DNA of 56,459 bases, counting the filler, from Sphacelaria rigidula (lineage: Eukaryota): the NCBI GenBank assembly GCA_964200075.2. It is 5 parts of 5 records of this genome, joined end to end, with 100 filler letters (N's around TTAATTAATTAA, not from the genome) between each part and the next. Parts side by side here need not be neighbours in the genome. Positions count along the whole stretch, not along the records: positions 33,939 to 45,149 come from CAXNAA020005233.1; positions 45,250 to 56,459 come from CAXNAA020005234.1; 3 more parts are not named here. One strand, 5' to 3'. Shown piece by piece: positions 38,300 to 48,999 of the stretch. Under the pieces are notes generated by a model, which saw only the letters and a list, made by a program, of their open reading frames with translations, did no database searches and was not told the origin of the DNA. Each line of letters begins with the position of its first letter. Position 1 is the first letter of the stretch. The position numbers and the translations under genes were made by a program.

Positions 38300-39680
38300 G
38301 CAAGTAGCCTCAATTCAAGAACCTACGGTGGTCGAAACACCGTGGCCAACCGCATGCAAGTAGTGCAGAGAAATGAAAGAGGCGTGACCTTGTGGCTTTT
38401 GAGATGGCCAATATGTTGGATGGGCACTGCCACTCACTTGAGCATATTTTGTGTCGATGGTGTGGTCGATATTCCCTCAGCTGAAGGTTTAACGTGGCCT
38501 CTAAGCGCATAGCCGACAGTATTTAGTGTAGCGGTTCCGCCAGCCAACAGTTGATGAAAATCGACATTATACCTTTTGTCACCATATCCCGTCCACGAAC
38601 CCTCCCCCTTCCCTCGAAAACCGACGTTGCAGCCGAGCTAGGAGTATCTCGTGAGGCTGTGCGTAGCTGTTGCGAGTAATGGCCATGTCTGCATTTCATA
38701 GCACAACCATCGCATGGATCCAGCGTTCCGTCTGCAGCCGCACTGTCTTGAACCTGCCAGAAACAAATTGTAGCTGGTGACCGTTGAGCCCCCCTATACG
38801 TGAACATCACCAAGGCTTTTGTATTAGAGTATCGCGAGTCACCGTACGTGTTCCCTCTGTAATCCTTGAAGTATCCGCGTTCAAGAATCTTAGAAAATTG
38901 TAGCCCACTGTGTTGAAATAGTGATGCTGAACATGGAGATAAAGTGCTCCTCAGCTGTGTGTTGTCGGATAGCCGGGTGCTCGTGTCGCATTGAAAAAAA
39001 ATGATGGTTTGTTTACATACGTTCAGAAAACTTCGTCGCAAAAAGATGGAGTACCTGTTGAGCGAGTTCCGTTTCGGACCCCACACTGCTCGAAACCATG
39101 AGATGGTGCTCTGCATGATGGTAACCCCAATACTTCCTCTGTCCCGTACGTCATTGTGAAAACGCTTTTTTTCATCGTGTCTTTTGGCATTTTTTTTAAT
39201 TTCGAATTTCACATATTTCTCTCTCGCCAATTTTACCATGCGACTGACTGACCGGAAAACATAACTTTCCCTGAAGATGGTCATATTTCGCTACTGCTCG
39301 GGGTGCACAAGAACGGGATATAATCGAACAAGAAGATCTGGCAATGTTGGTCGTATCACGCGTCGTTGGAGCTTGATTCTTGGAAGTAGTCGGGAACTAA
39401 TGTCCCCAAAAATCTCAACCTTTTCCCAAAATTGGTCATTCTTGATCGGAACATTGAGGCAAAAATATATGTCAGATTTTTCCTTCTCCATCGGCTTCCC
39501 GTACGTTCAATCGCTCCAACGATACGAGCTTCAGTGTCGGACGCATTCATCATCAGGAAAACACTCTCTGTAAAGCCGAAGACCCCCACTTATACGACAG
39601 AAGACGTGTATGACATTTGTCGTCTTGTGATTGCAAAAATGTGTATGATTCAAAAACACTCACGGACCATCACACGATAA
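38300..39680 (-). mobile_element. Probable decayed Penelope-like retroelement (RT and GIY-YIG-like end) inside an intron
   Basis: Ordered fragments LVRLYPVL (SLYP-like), KILERGY (RGYP), CDGCAMKC (Zn linker), IMSIFINC and TLNLQLREY (GIY-YIG-like). Confidence 0.45.
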
Positions 39681-39749
39681 GAGCGGTGGGCCTCTTTTGT
39701 GATATTTGTACTCAAATCCAACCATGCGTCCTGCGTTTTTCATTCACAG

Positions 39750-39962
39750 CAGTACGTCAGCGGAGACGATACTATGTATTCACCTGACGACCATGTGGAA
39801 GGTCGTGATTCCGACCTAGGTGCGGAGATTGTGAGTCCGTTGATTTCGACGGCAGACGGGGATGGGGATGAGGATGAGGATGGGGGAGAACGGCGAGCGA
39901 TGCACCCTGGCTGGGGGTTCGGATACAATGGCCCTGATCCCCGGATCAGGTTTGAGCCGCAG
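39750..39962 (+). CDS. Exon of the VPS13-like gene
   Basis: ttcacag| QYVSGDD...GFGYNGPDPRIRFEPQ |gtgagt; tandem NAGNAG acceptor. Confidence 0.75.
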
Positions 39963-41017
39963 GTGAGTGAATGTTCGCTGATATCTTGTGCGCGGAGTGA
40001 TTAGCTCCTCCTGTACCCCTAGCGGTGCATCGGTTTTGATCGACGTTACACTGTGCGTCTGTGGTGCCGTGCGTGGCCTCCGCAAGTGTCTCAATACCCA
40101 CAGAGCAAAACTATCATCGCTAACGCTTGTGGCACTGGAACATTTCGCCACCCTATTTCCGCGGAGGAACTATTGTAGGTCGAGTGAGAACTCGTGCTTT
40201 CTACTGCAGGGTTCTTGAAATTTATTCTGCACGTCTTCTGGGTGTATATATATATACATATGTATATAAATATATATATATATGTGTGTGTGTACAAGCC
40301 GGGCGGGTCGGAGCTTCGCTCCAGCCCTGCCCGTTTTTGTTCGAGACTCGGGTGTTCCTCTGCAAACCTCTCGTGAAAATTGATCCGCTTTCGTATTTTC
40401 GATTATTTCATAGAACAAGACGCATGAAAGCTTTCCCAGGACTGCGGGTACGAACGAGGAGCAAAAGTGCGTGCAAAAAGACAGTGGAGCGCGAGAGGAC
40501 CAAACCCGTCCAGCCAGGAAGAGGACCAAGAGCGATTATACTCACGCACCGTTCCCATGTACTGTGGAACACGCAGCGGCTTCGCGCTCTAGACACACCT
40601 AAGACGATGTCAGCACGGGGAGAGTACGCCATGTCCGCCACTGCGTGCTTGCTCATTGAAGACATGAAGTACTTCCCGTGCCATTTCCAGGTCCTCTAGT
40701 GAAATGTTGCCCCCGATGTATATGTTGATTGATTTTATTTGATCGATTGCTTGAGTGTCGCACTTGAACTGACCCCCCGAAGATCCAGCCGTGGTCACAT
40801 GATGGACGTACCCAAGGAAAACAGAATTGAAACACTCGCTGTAAAAGAAAAAGGGACAGAAAAAGTCGAACAGAACGACAAAGTAGACTAGGACGTGAAA
40901 AAGAGATATAGTGAATTGTCAATGAAAGCAAAGCACAGGAAAATATGGCTGATCTAAAAGGAATATACATTTATATATATATATCTGCTTGTTTGTTTGT
41001 TGTTTGCGTTCGATCAG

Positions 41018-41181
41018 ATTTGGTATGACATGCAGACGGCGACAGACTACAAGCGCTGCTCTATATTTGTGTCGGATACTCGGGTCGTGGCCCTAGCGAA
41101 GGGCGTGCTGGGCCTGAAAGCGTTTTTCGTCGAGCCCGTGATGGACTTCCGCACGAGAGACAGATTGCTTCGTCCGTACAG
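41018..41181 (+). CDS. Exon of the VPS13-like gene
   Basis: gatcag| IWYDMQTATDYKRCSIFVSDTRVVALAKGVLGLKAFFVEP... |gtaggt; RV++...L..FF pattern of VPS13 repeats. Confidence 0.8.
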
Positions 41182-41286
41182 GTAGGTGGTCCCACTCTCT
41201 AGAATCGATTCACCCGTCCCAACGTCGGCTACTTTCCGTGTTTTGATGCGACGTGATGTTTACTTACCTCGGGTGCGTCTATCATG

Positions 41287-41595
41287 CACACGCGGCCATT
41301 TGGCTACACTACAAAATGCCTCCGAAGGGATGCGCGGCCCTCCAGGGGGAAAACAAGCCTCCGGAGGCCTTCCATCCCTCTAGAGGAGACGAAACTCGAC
41401 CGACCCGGAGGGCCGCGCACCCCTCCGGAGGAATTTGGAGTATGCGCGGCCCTCCATAGGCAAAAATAAGCCTCCGGAGGCGTTCAACCCCTCTGAAGGG
41501 TCGCGCACCCCTCCGGAGGCGTTTAATTCCTCTGGAGGCTCGAAAAGTGTACCCACCTGGAGGAAGTTTGGAGGTAGCCAAATAGCCGCGTGTGT
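41287..41595. mobile_element. MITE with CACAC termini and an internal cctccggagg palindrome array
   Basis: 21-bp TIR cacacgcggccatttggctac / gtagccaaatagccgcgtgtg; TG on both flanks. Confidence 0.75.
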
Positions 41596-42072
41596 GTGGA
41601 TCATGACCACGACTGGATCATGACTAGCTGGGGGATCAGTGAGTGCGGGACAATGATTTGTATATCATTAACATCATCGACCCCCAGTTTCGTACTGTGG
41701 TGATGCGATGTGACATCCCCCCCCTCCATCTCTAAGCATGTCTAGAAGTGGCCCATCGCGGTGCTCCTGATTGCCACTGTATACTACTTATGTGTGTGTG
41801 CGTTCAGCCGGCAGCATTTTTACGCGAGGTGCAAGGTCGCATTACCGAAGTGTACCTTAGTCCCACCGCTCAAACGCGCCGAAGTGATCGCGCACGCCTT
41901 TTACGGGCCAAACATAATGGAGCCCGTCAGCTATGCTGCGTGGGAATAATTCTTGCACGACATTCCGGAAAGACATGTTGCGGTTTTTTCTTTCCGTTGT
42001 TTGCCGTGTGCTACTACCCCCGTCGACTCCCATGCGTCACCTTGCGTACATTCCTCTCACGGCTGCGCGCAG

Positions 42073-42307
42073 GTACGCGGAAGTGCGACCGAACAACCTG
42101 GACGTGGAGTTGGTGCTCGCCAACACGTACCTCTGCTTCCCGGAATCTCAGCGGGACTGCGCTACGCAGTATGGCGGCAGTGGCGATGGCGGGATCGGCG
42201 GCACCAAAGGCAAAAGCGACGGCAGCAATTTCAAAGAGAGCGCTGGACGAGCAATAGTCGTACATGCAGACTTGACCCTGACGCAAATCTGGAGGGGTAT
42301 GCCCCAG
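42073..42307 (+). CDS. Exon of the VPS13-like gene
   Basis: cgcag| (R)YAEVRPNNLDVELVLANTYLCFPES...RAIVVHADLTLTQIWRGMPQ |gtagga; VPS13 pattern L.V.+.+.N..+.+.E...A+V+. Confidence 0.8.
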
Positions 42308-42514
42308 GTAGGAATTTTACCCCCAAATGTTTGGTGTCCCTTCATTAGTTTCTTGCGTTTTGTTCATCTGACCAGCTTTTGTTGAGTACCTGAGTACACG
42401 AGAAGATCTAATTGCTGCGAATGTGTCGATTCTATCCTTCACACTATTAACATGTCGATGTAGACGTAATGTGTTGTTTCCCCAAGATGTGTTGCAAGGA
42501 GTTCCCCCCCCGTC

Positions 42515-42581
42515 CCTCCGTCCCAAAAGAGATGCGTGGTCAAGGATCAAATGACTATGGCAAGCAACAAGTGAGTACGTT
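42515..42581 (+). mobile_element. Short 5'-truncated copy of the oligo-C LINE with TSD ccccccgtc
   Basis: Matches the LINE 3' end; ccccccgtc at 42506-42514 and 42582-42590. Confidence 0.75.
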
Positions 42582-42639
42582 CCCCCCGTCACTCCCCTCC
42601 ATAGATAGGGACGGTCGTACTTTGCAGCGTTTAAATGGT

Positions 42640-42930
42640 AATGGTGAGACACCCATGATGCAGTGTAGCCTGTGGCTGTCTGGAAGTGGCGATACTAGAC
42701 AATTAAGCGACGCATTCGAGGCTGCTATCCATATCAAGAGAGTGCGATTCGAGCTCAACAATCTCAGGAGGATGGACATCACCCCTCACGCGACTCGCGA
42801 ACATATCACCACGCTTCACGCTCAGTGACTCCTTGCGAGGCTGATACGCCAAAAACCCGGCGCGCTCCGTCCGGGCTTTGTAGCGTCCGGGCTTTGTACG
42901 GATAGGAGGTCAATGGCCTCATGACAGCGG
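42640..42930 (-). repeat. Dispersed repeat, second copy at 44688-44965 and partial copy at 44410-44480; possibly an RTE-like LINE 3' region
   Basis: Shared atggtgagacacccatga...gaagtggcgatactaga...gctccgtcc.ggctttgta; minus-strand peptide RRDVFGE..LGDNL is RTE-like. Confidence 0.55.
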
Positions 42931-43181
42931 CATGCAAGATCATCAGACACCCCCTTTCCCACCCCGGGGATCGCGCAGACTGTGATGCTGGAACACCCGA
43001 GAGTGCGGTGCGTGTCGTTGCACATGGCCACACCATCTTCCACCACCACTGAAGATTTCATGATCTTTTCGATGACCTTCCTTAGAAACGAGGAAATAGT
43101 TGTGAATATGCGCGGATGCTCCACCCCCACCCCCGCCCATGACACCGCTGATTCTTCCCCATTTCTACCTTCATGTTCCAG

Positions 43182-43385
43182 AATGGACCGGGTTCATCGT
43201 TGCTGTCGGTCACAGCGCTAGCGTCCTCGGTGTTTCTAGCGCCCTTGTCGGAACCATCCCCTCCTCGACCGGGTGAAGTTCTGTCCCTCGTTACCCCCTT
43301 GCTAGCATCCATACGCCTCGAGACGGTCACGGCCACGCCTTCGTGGCGCCGCGCTGGCCCGGCAGAGCGCTGGGCTGGAATCCAG
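43182..43385 (+). CDS. Exon of the VPS13-like gene
   Basis: gttccag| NGPGSSLLSVTALASSVFLAP...LSLVTPLLASIRLE...WAGIQ |gtgcgt; 204 nt, phase 0 to 0. Confidence 0.75.
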
Positions 43386-43825
43386 GTGCGTGCGGTGGCG
43401 ATAATTGTGTGTGTGCTGTTCGTATACCTAGGTTATTCGAATTTTCTTCATCTGAAGTGTACTCGTATGGGAATTGAACCTAAAAAAAGCGGCGACCAAA
43501 CTGTGGGATTTTGGTCATCATCAAACAGATACCCGCCGCGAAGAAAATGAACACTCGGCAATAAAAACATGTCCACTTCATACAAGATTTTATTTTAGTC
43601 TCCATCGATTGTCTTCACCCTCGCTGTAAAGTGCCGATATACACGCGTAAGGCTCCCGATTTCGGAGGCATTCGATGAATTGAGGCTATGCAGAAAAAGT
43701 TGTCTCATGAGAGGATGTATGCGTACAGACAACAACATCTGCGGCATATGTTATATATACAGGTACTAGCCCGTAATCTCGTCTACGTTGCTACTCCTCG
43801 GGTTACATGTACCGACGCCGTACAG

Positions 43826-44250
43826 GGCGGCGAGCGTACCAGAGCCGGGAGGAAATTAGCGGCGGAAGCGGCGGCCGCCGCCGCGCGGTCAGCTGACGCT
43901 CCCATTCCCCCGCGAGATCCGTCCCCGCAACCGCCTGACCCTACAGACAAAGCCGACGTAGCAGCGGTCGAGGCGGAAGAAGCCGAGCGACAGGAGCGCG
44001 CGGCGGCGGCGGAGCCGGCTACCGTCAGCCGATCTGTGTCAGCAGTTGTCACTGAAGCTACTGAGCAACGCCTTCGACGGTGGAAGAGGACCGGAGTCGT
44101 GGATTTGCATGGAGGCAGTTGGAGCGGTCGGGGTGGTAGCCGTGAGAGTTCGGGTGGAGGTGGAGGTGGAGGCGAGGTCAGGGAGGGATTGGGAGGGCTG
44201 GAGGCGAGACTGTCTCTGTCGGATGTGAAGCTTTTGACGGGGACAATCAG
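43826..44250 (+). CDS. Exon of the VPS13-like gene (alternative acceptor at 43763)
   Basis: Ends LEARLSLSDVKLLTGTI |gtgtgg, resembling the VPS13 L.LRLSYxD+.L motif. Confidence 0.7.
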
Positions 44251-45024
44251 GTGTGGAGTGGCGACAGTGCGAACTTTTGTCCCAACGGTGTTGTTGAGGC
44301 TGTGACAGGAACTTTCGCGTGAGGTAGTGATACAGGCACGTTTGTTAGTTTTCGTGCCTTTGACCTATCTGGGCGTGAGACCTCCTGCGGAAGGTATGAG
44401 GCAACCCGCCTCCCCCCCCCCCCGCCCATTAGCCTGGTCCGACGAAAACACGGCGTGCTCCGTCCCAGCTTTGTAAGGAGGGGTCTCCTGTGGTATTGGC
44501 CTCGGTTGGAAATGACGCGATAAAACACGCCTCTCACTGCGTAAGCTGGGCAAGATGTCTGCCGTTTTTTTACGCGCGCTTGCGCTTGTTTCGTGGTAGC
44601 GATGATGGTGGTCGAGCTAGATCATATTGTGCGGGGTGGGAGAACCTCGATTTCGCGCAAAGGAAACGGCCATACCCCGTAGTGTTTACATGGTGAGACA
44701 CCCATGAGGCAGCGTGTAAGCCGTGGCTGTGTCTCGAAGTGGCGATACTAGAAAATGAAGGACATTATTGGAGGTTGTCACCCAGATGTAAGATAATCGG
44801 TACGGCTCGGGCCGAAAAACCTTGGCTGGATGCAGCTCACCATTCATGCGACTCGCCGAACACATCACGGCGCTTCGCGCTTGGCGATTGATTGCGAGCC
44901 TGGTCTGGCGAAAACCCAGCGTGCTCCGTCCAGGCTTTGTAGGGATGCGGGATCAAGGGTCATATGTTTACGACATTCAAGATCATGAATCCCCCCCTCC
45001 CCCCTTCCCTCACGCGCGCGCACC

Positions 45025-45149
45025 TAAATGTTGGAGGTGTCTCTATTAGGAGTAAGAATGGTGCTCCGTCTCGAAAGGGATGCATGGTCAATGGCCAAAC
45101 GACTAAGGCAAGCAACAAATGAATACGCACGCCCCCCACCACCCCCCAC
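45025..45149 (+). mobile_element. 5'-truncated copy of the oligo-C LINE
   Basis: aatgttg..gtgtctctatt...gcaacaaatgaatacg followed by a C-rich tail; matches 52525-52632; C-run upstream. Confidence 0.85.
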
Positions 45150-45249
45150 NNNNNNNNNNNNNNNNNNNNNNNNNNNNNNNNNNNNNNNNNNNNTTAATTA
45201 ATTAANNNNNNNNNNNNNNNNNNNNNNNNNNNNNNNNNNNNNNNNNNNN
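45150..45249. other. Artificial contig linker
   Basis: N44-TTAATTAATTAA-N44. Confidence 0.98.
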
Positions 45250-45339
45250 AAAGTACTGTTTTGGGCTCGAACCTCATTTCATTGATGAACCTCATTTCAT
45301 AGAATCCCCTGTTAAAGGACTTTCGCCCGGGAACATCTG

Positions 45340-46022
45340 TAGGTATGATCACTCCTGCTCAAGACGGGCCTTTTCAGTGGTGGGGAATACGGTGTAATAC
45401 TGGACAAAATAATCCCAAGACTCACTAGGCGAACCGAGCATCGCAAAATTCTCTACCATCGCGGGAGCGGTGATTTTCTCGATTAGTATCTCATGAGCTC
45501 GCTGAGCTTTCTCCACTGCCCTGTGCCCATGCTGCGCTATCAATTTCTCCTCTAATCCATGAAATACGCGAATGGGGTCCTCAACAAACAGAGCATCCTA
45601 ACATTTCTCGGCACGAAAATATCCGATCATCTGCACTTGAAACATACGAAACTTGGACTCCAAACTTTCCCCTGCGTTTACTGAACCGTCCCATGGGTGA
45701 ATACTCGTGTTGCTACGTACTCTTACAAAGTTCGGTTGGGCATGTTGCCCTCCCGTGAAGTCATCGCTTCGGAACTCTTGAAAAAACGTGGGTTGTTCTC
45801 CTGCTCGCGGTGTGCTGTACCTACCGTGGGATTACCTCGTGCGCCTGCGCCCAAATGCATACTCCTATCTCTTTCGTACTTTGCAATAGCATCGCGTTTT
45901 GCGGCCTCGATTAGCTCTGCCTGTTTTTCTTCCATGATACGTAGTATTTAGGCCTGCTCTACCTCCATACGCCGAAGCTTTTCTGCCAACTCTTCAGTAC
46001 TATACTTCTTTATGTTAGCCAT
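45340..46022 (-). pseudogene. gag: Ty1/Copia-like gag, decayed
   Basis: MANIKKY...DALFVEDPI...AVEKAQRAHEILIEKIT...GSPSESWDYFVQYY...EKARLEQE; Copia gag (UBN2-like) helical pattern; in-frame stops. Confidence 0.65.
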
Positions 46023-46119
46023 GGATCCCCTCTTATTATTTATTACTGTTACTTGTCGTTGAATTGTTTGTCTCAAACTCTGCTTGACCTCTCACTTGTT
46101 GACTCTCTTCCTCGTTGAC

Positions 46120-46500
46120 TCGGGCGTTATCAAATGCTGCTCTATTTTTTTCTCAAACTGTAACAAATCCTAGCCGCGTAACTCTTTTTGAAGGCTAAAG
46201 CGCTATCAAGTGCTGCTGAATTTTGCCTCTGACTGTAACAAACGCTAAACTGCGTGACCCGATTTGAAGGCTCAAGCGCTATCAAGTGCTGCTGAATTTT
46301 GCCTCTGACCGTAACAAACACTAACTGCGTGACTTTCTTGAAGGCTCAAGCGCTATCAAGTGCTGCTGGATTTTGCCTCTGACTGTAACTAACGCTAACT
46401 GCGCGACTTTCTTGAAGGCTCAAGCGATATCTAGTGCTGCTGTATCTTGCCCCGAGCTGGCTCAAGCGCTATCGAGTGCTGCTGAATATTGCTCAAACTC
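46120..46500. repeat. Tandem array of 74-76 bp units (about 5 copies) in the Copia 5' leader
   Basis: gaaggct.aagcg.tatc.agtgctgctg starts at 46190, 46266, 46340 and 46414, with a shortened unit near 46459. Confidence 0.9.
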
Positions 46501-46871
46501 GCTTCTTACTTCCCTCCTATTCCGGCTGCTCTCAACCTGTTTCAAAATCGCTAGCTTATTTGATAAAGGGACTGTCCCGTAGCGGACGCGCTCTGGATAG
46601 GGGAATGTGCATACCTTCTTCTTGTATTGACTTCTTATAACCTTCACTCACCAAACATCAATCGTGCAAGCTCCACCCGAGCTGCGTTCTCCACCTGAAA
46701 TGTAATACCCAGAATGCACCCAAAGCACAACAGAGCAAGGGAAGTAGCATCACACGCTCGGCTCCCTCAAAGGACATACATCCGGTCATAACACAATCCG
46801 TTCCCGTACTCATGATACGTCATCAACCTGCACTGCATGTACCCGAATTAATCCACGCACACATGTACTAG

Positions 46872-48332
46872 TGTTCAGCTCGACGATATTCAAAAAAAGG
46901 CCTTTTGCACCGTGCGATGGGTGAATGGTGGCTCGGACTGTGTGAGTGTATGCCAGGTGCTGTGGTGTCGATACAAGGCACATGGGACGAGCGCGGACAG
47001 ATATTCCAATCGCTGCAGGAGGACATAAGCCATATCCAACTCGTGACTTGGACATAGCCTATGTCCATCTCCAGTCGGTTGGTGGTATTTTTTGGCACTG
47101 TGCAGCAGGCGCGTTTCTCGTCCGCTACGACGCCGTTTGCACCGTGCGATGGCTCGGGCGATTGCTGCGGGCTGTGTGAGTGTATTGCAGCTGCTGTGGT
47201 GTCGGTACAAGGCACATGGGACAAGCGCGGACAGGTATTCCATTCGCTGGACTTGGACATGAGCTATGTCCAACTCACGACTTGGACATAGTAGCTTATG
47301 TCCGACTCCAGTCGGGTGGCGGTATTTTTTGGCTTGTGCAGCAGGCGCGTTTCTCGTCCGCTACAAAGCCGTTTGCACCGTGCGATGAGTGAATGGTGGC
47401 TCGGACCGTGTGAGTGTATTGTAGGTGCTGTGGTGTCGATGCAAGGCACATGGGACGAGCGCGGACAGGTATTCCAATCGCTGGAGATGGACATGAGCCA
47501 CGTCCAACTCGCAACTCGCACATAGCTTATGTCCATCTCCAGTCGGTTGGCGGTATTTTTTGGCACTGTGCAGCAGGCGCGTTTCTCGTCCGCTACGACG
47601 CCGTTTTCATCGCGTGATGGCTTGGACGATGGCTACGGGCTGTGTGAGTATATTCCGGGAGAGATGCCGGTGCAAGGCTCATGAGGCGAACGCGGGTGGT
47701 TAGTCAAACCCCAGCTGGAGGTGGACATAACTATTTCCAAGTCACGACTTGGAAATAGCATTGCCTTACTTTTATACTACAGAGAAGCGTTGGACACACG
47801 GGTTCAAAAAAGACGGTCCCCTCGCGGTGGTGCTTCTTTGACACCACTTACTGAGCGTGATGCTTGATATTCGTGCAACTACATTTAGCAAGCACGGTTT
47901 CTGCTGTGGTCTGACCACGAGGTGATAAGGGCGTCACTCTCGAGGAACAAGCATAGTCGGATGTTGCAATGCAGCCGACTTGAGAGGACGGTTTCAGTCG
48001 AATACAGCTCGTTTCACATAGGCCCTTGAGTCCGAGCCAGCACTGCATCGCAATATAAAAACAAAGACTCACTTTCACGTGCAGAGAGGTGCTCTTGACT
48101 TGCTTGCAAGCGAGATGTCACAAAGTGGTACCTGATAGCTTTTGTTATTGAGGGTTGCTAGGTAGCCAGACGACTTTGCTAGGTAGTTGAAAAGTTGTTA
48201 GAGGCTAAGGGCCCGGGTGAAGGACGCCAAATTGGAATACAACACCAACATACGAATGGAATAAGACCTACTGCACTCGCCACGCATACTTCGAAACGCC
48301 TACTACATATACAGTCGGTATCCGCTGTAACA
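46872..48332 (-). mobile_element. 3' LTR (1461 bp) of Gypsy element C
   Basis: Terminal inverted repeats tgttcagc / gctgtaaca; polypurine tract directly upstream on the minus strand. Confidence 0.7.
46903..47760. repeat. Tandem repeat of about 234 bp, about 3.7 copies, inside the LTR
   Basis: tttgcaccgtgcgatg starts near 46904, 47136 and 47372, with a degenerate copy near 47605. Confidence 0.92.
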
Positions 48333-48349
48333 TCTCCCTCCCTTGCCTT
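48333..48349 (-). promoter_or_regulatory. Polypurine tract of Gypsy element C
   Basis: Minus strand reads aaggcaagggagggaga|TGTTACAGC. Confidence 0.65.
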
Positions 48350-48999
48350 GTGCACGCTGTTCATGCAAGATGGGAAAAGTCAAAACTCAGTTCACTTTGG
48401 GGGTGATTCACTCAAGTCTCTTTGCCATCAGCCTAATATCACGTCAATGATGAGAAAAAAGCAGAATTTTGGAGGTAAGATTAACCGTGGGAAAAACTCG
48501 TCATAGAATCGGAAGGATAGGTAAAACCTGCTATTCAGGGAAAAGCCTCATCGCTTGGGGAAAACAATCTTCACGCCCTTGCAGATCACAGCAACTGCTC
48601 TCGCATGTGCCATGTCTTCCCGGTATCTCAGCTAGATTGGAGAACAGAAACCATCGAAAATATACTGTGACTAGTATCAGTAGTAACGGCGCTTAGACAC
48701 CCCTGATTGGTTACACCAATCCTGGGTAGTGTGGGACTCGCAAAGAGCTGACCCACTAAAACCGACCCCAAGAAAGCGCTTGCTGGTTGATGGGAGTATT
48801 CCACGCTTTTTCTCCTATCGACAAGTACTCGCTAACCTGCTGGACACTGGGCGACTACATCGTACTTCAACAGTTCGGTCACGATACAGTGTCCCAGCAG
48901 GTACTCGGTGCCCGCCCTTTTGTGTAATGCTGACGCATGAATATTTCTACATGAGAAGGGTGGGGCGCCCTAAAGTCGGATCAACGTTCCTCGAGGACG

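Noticed and set aside
46120-47760. Regular repeats resembling a CRISPR array
   Set aside because: Whole units are repeated with no unique spacers, there are no cas genes, and the context is eukaryotic retroelement.
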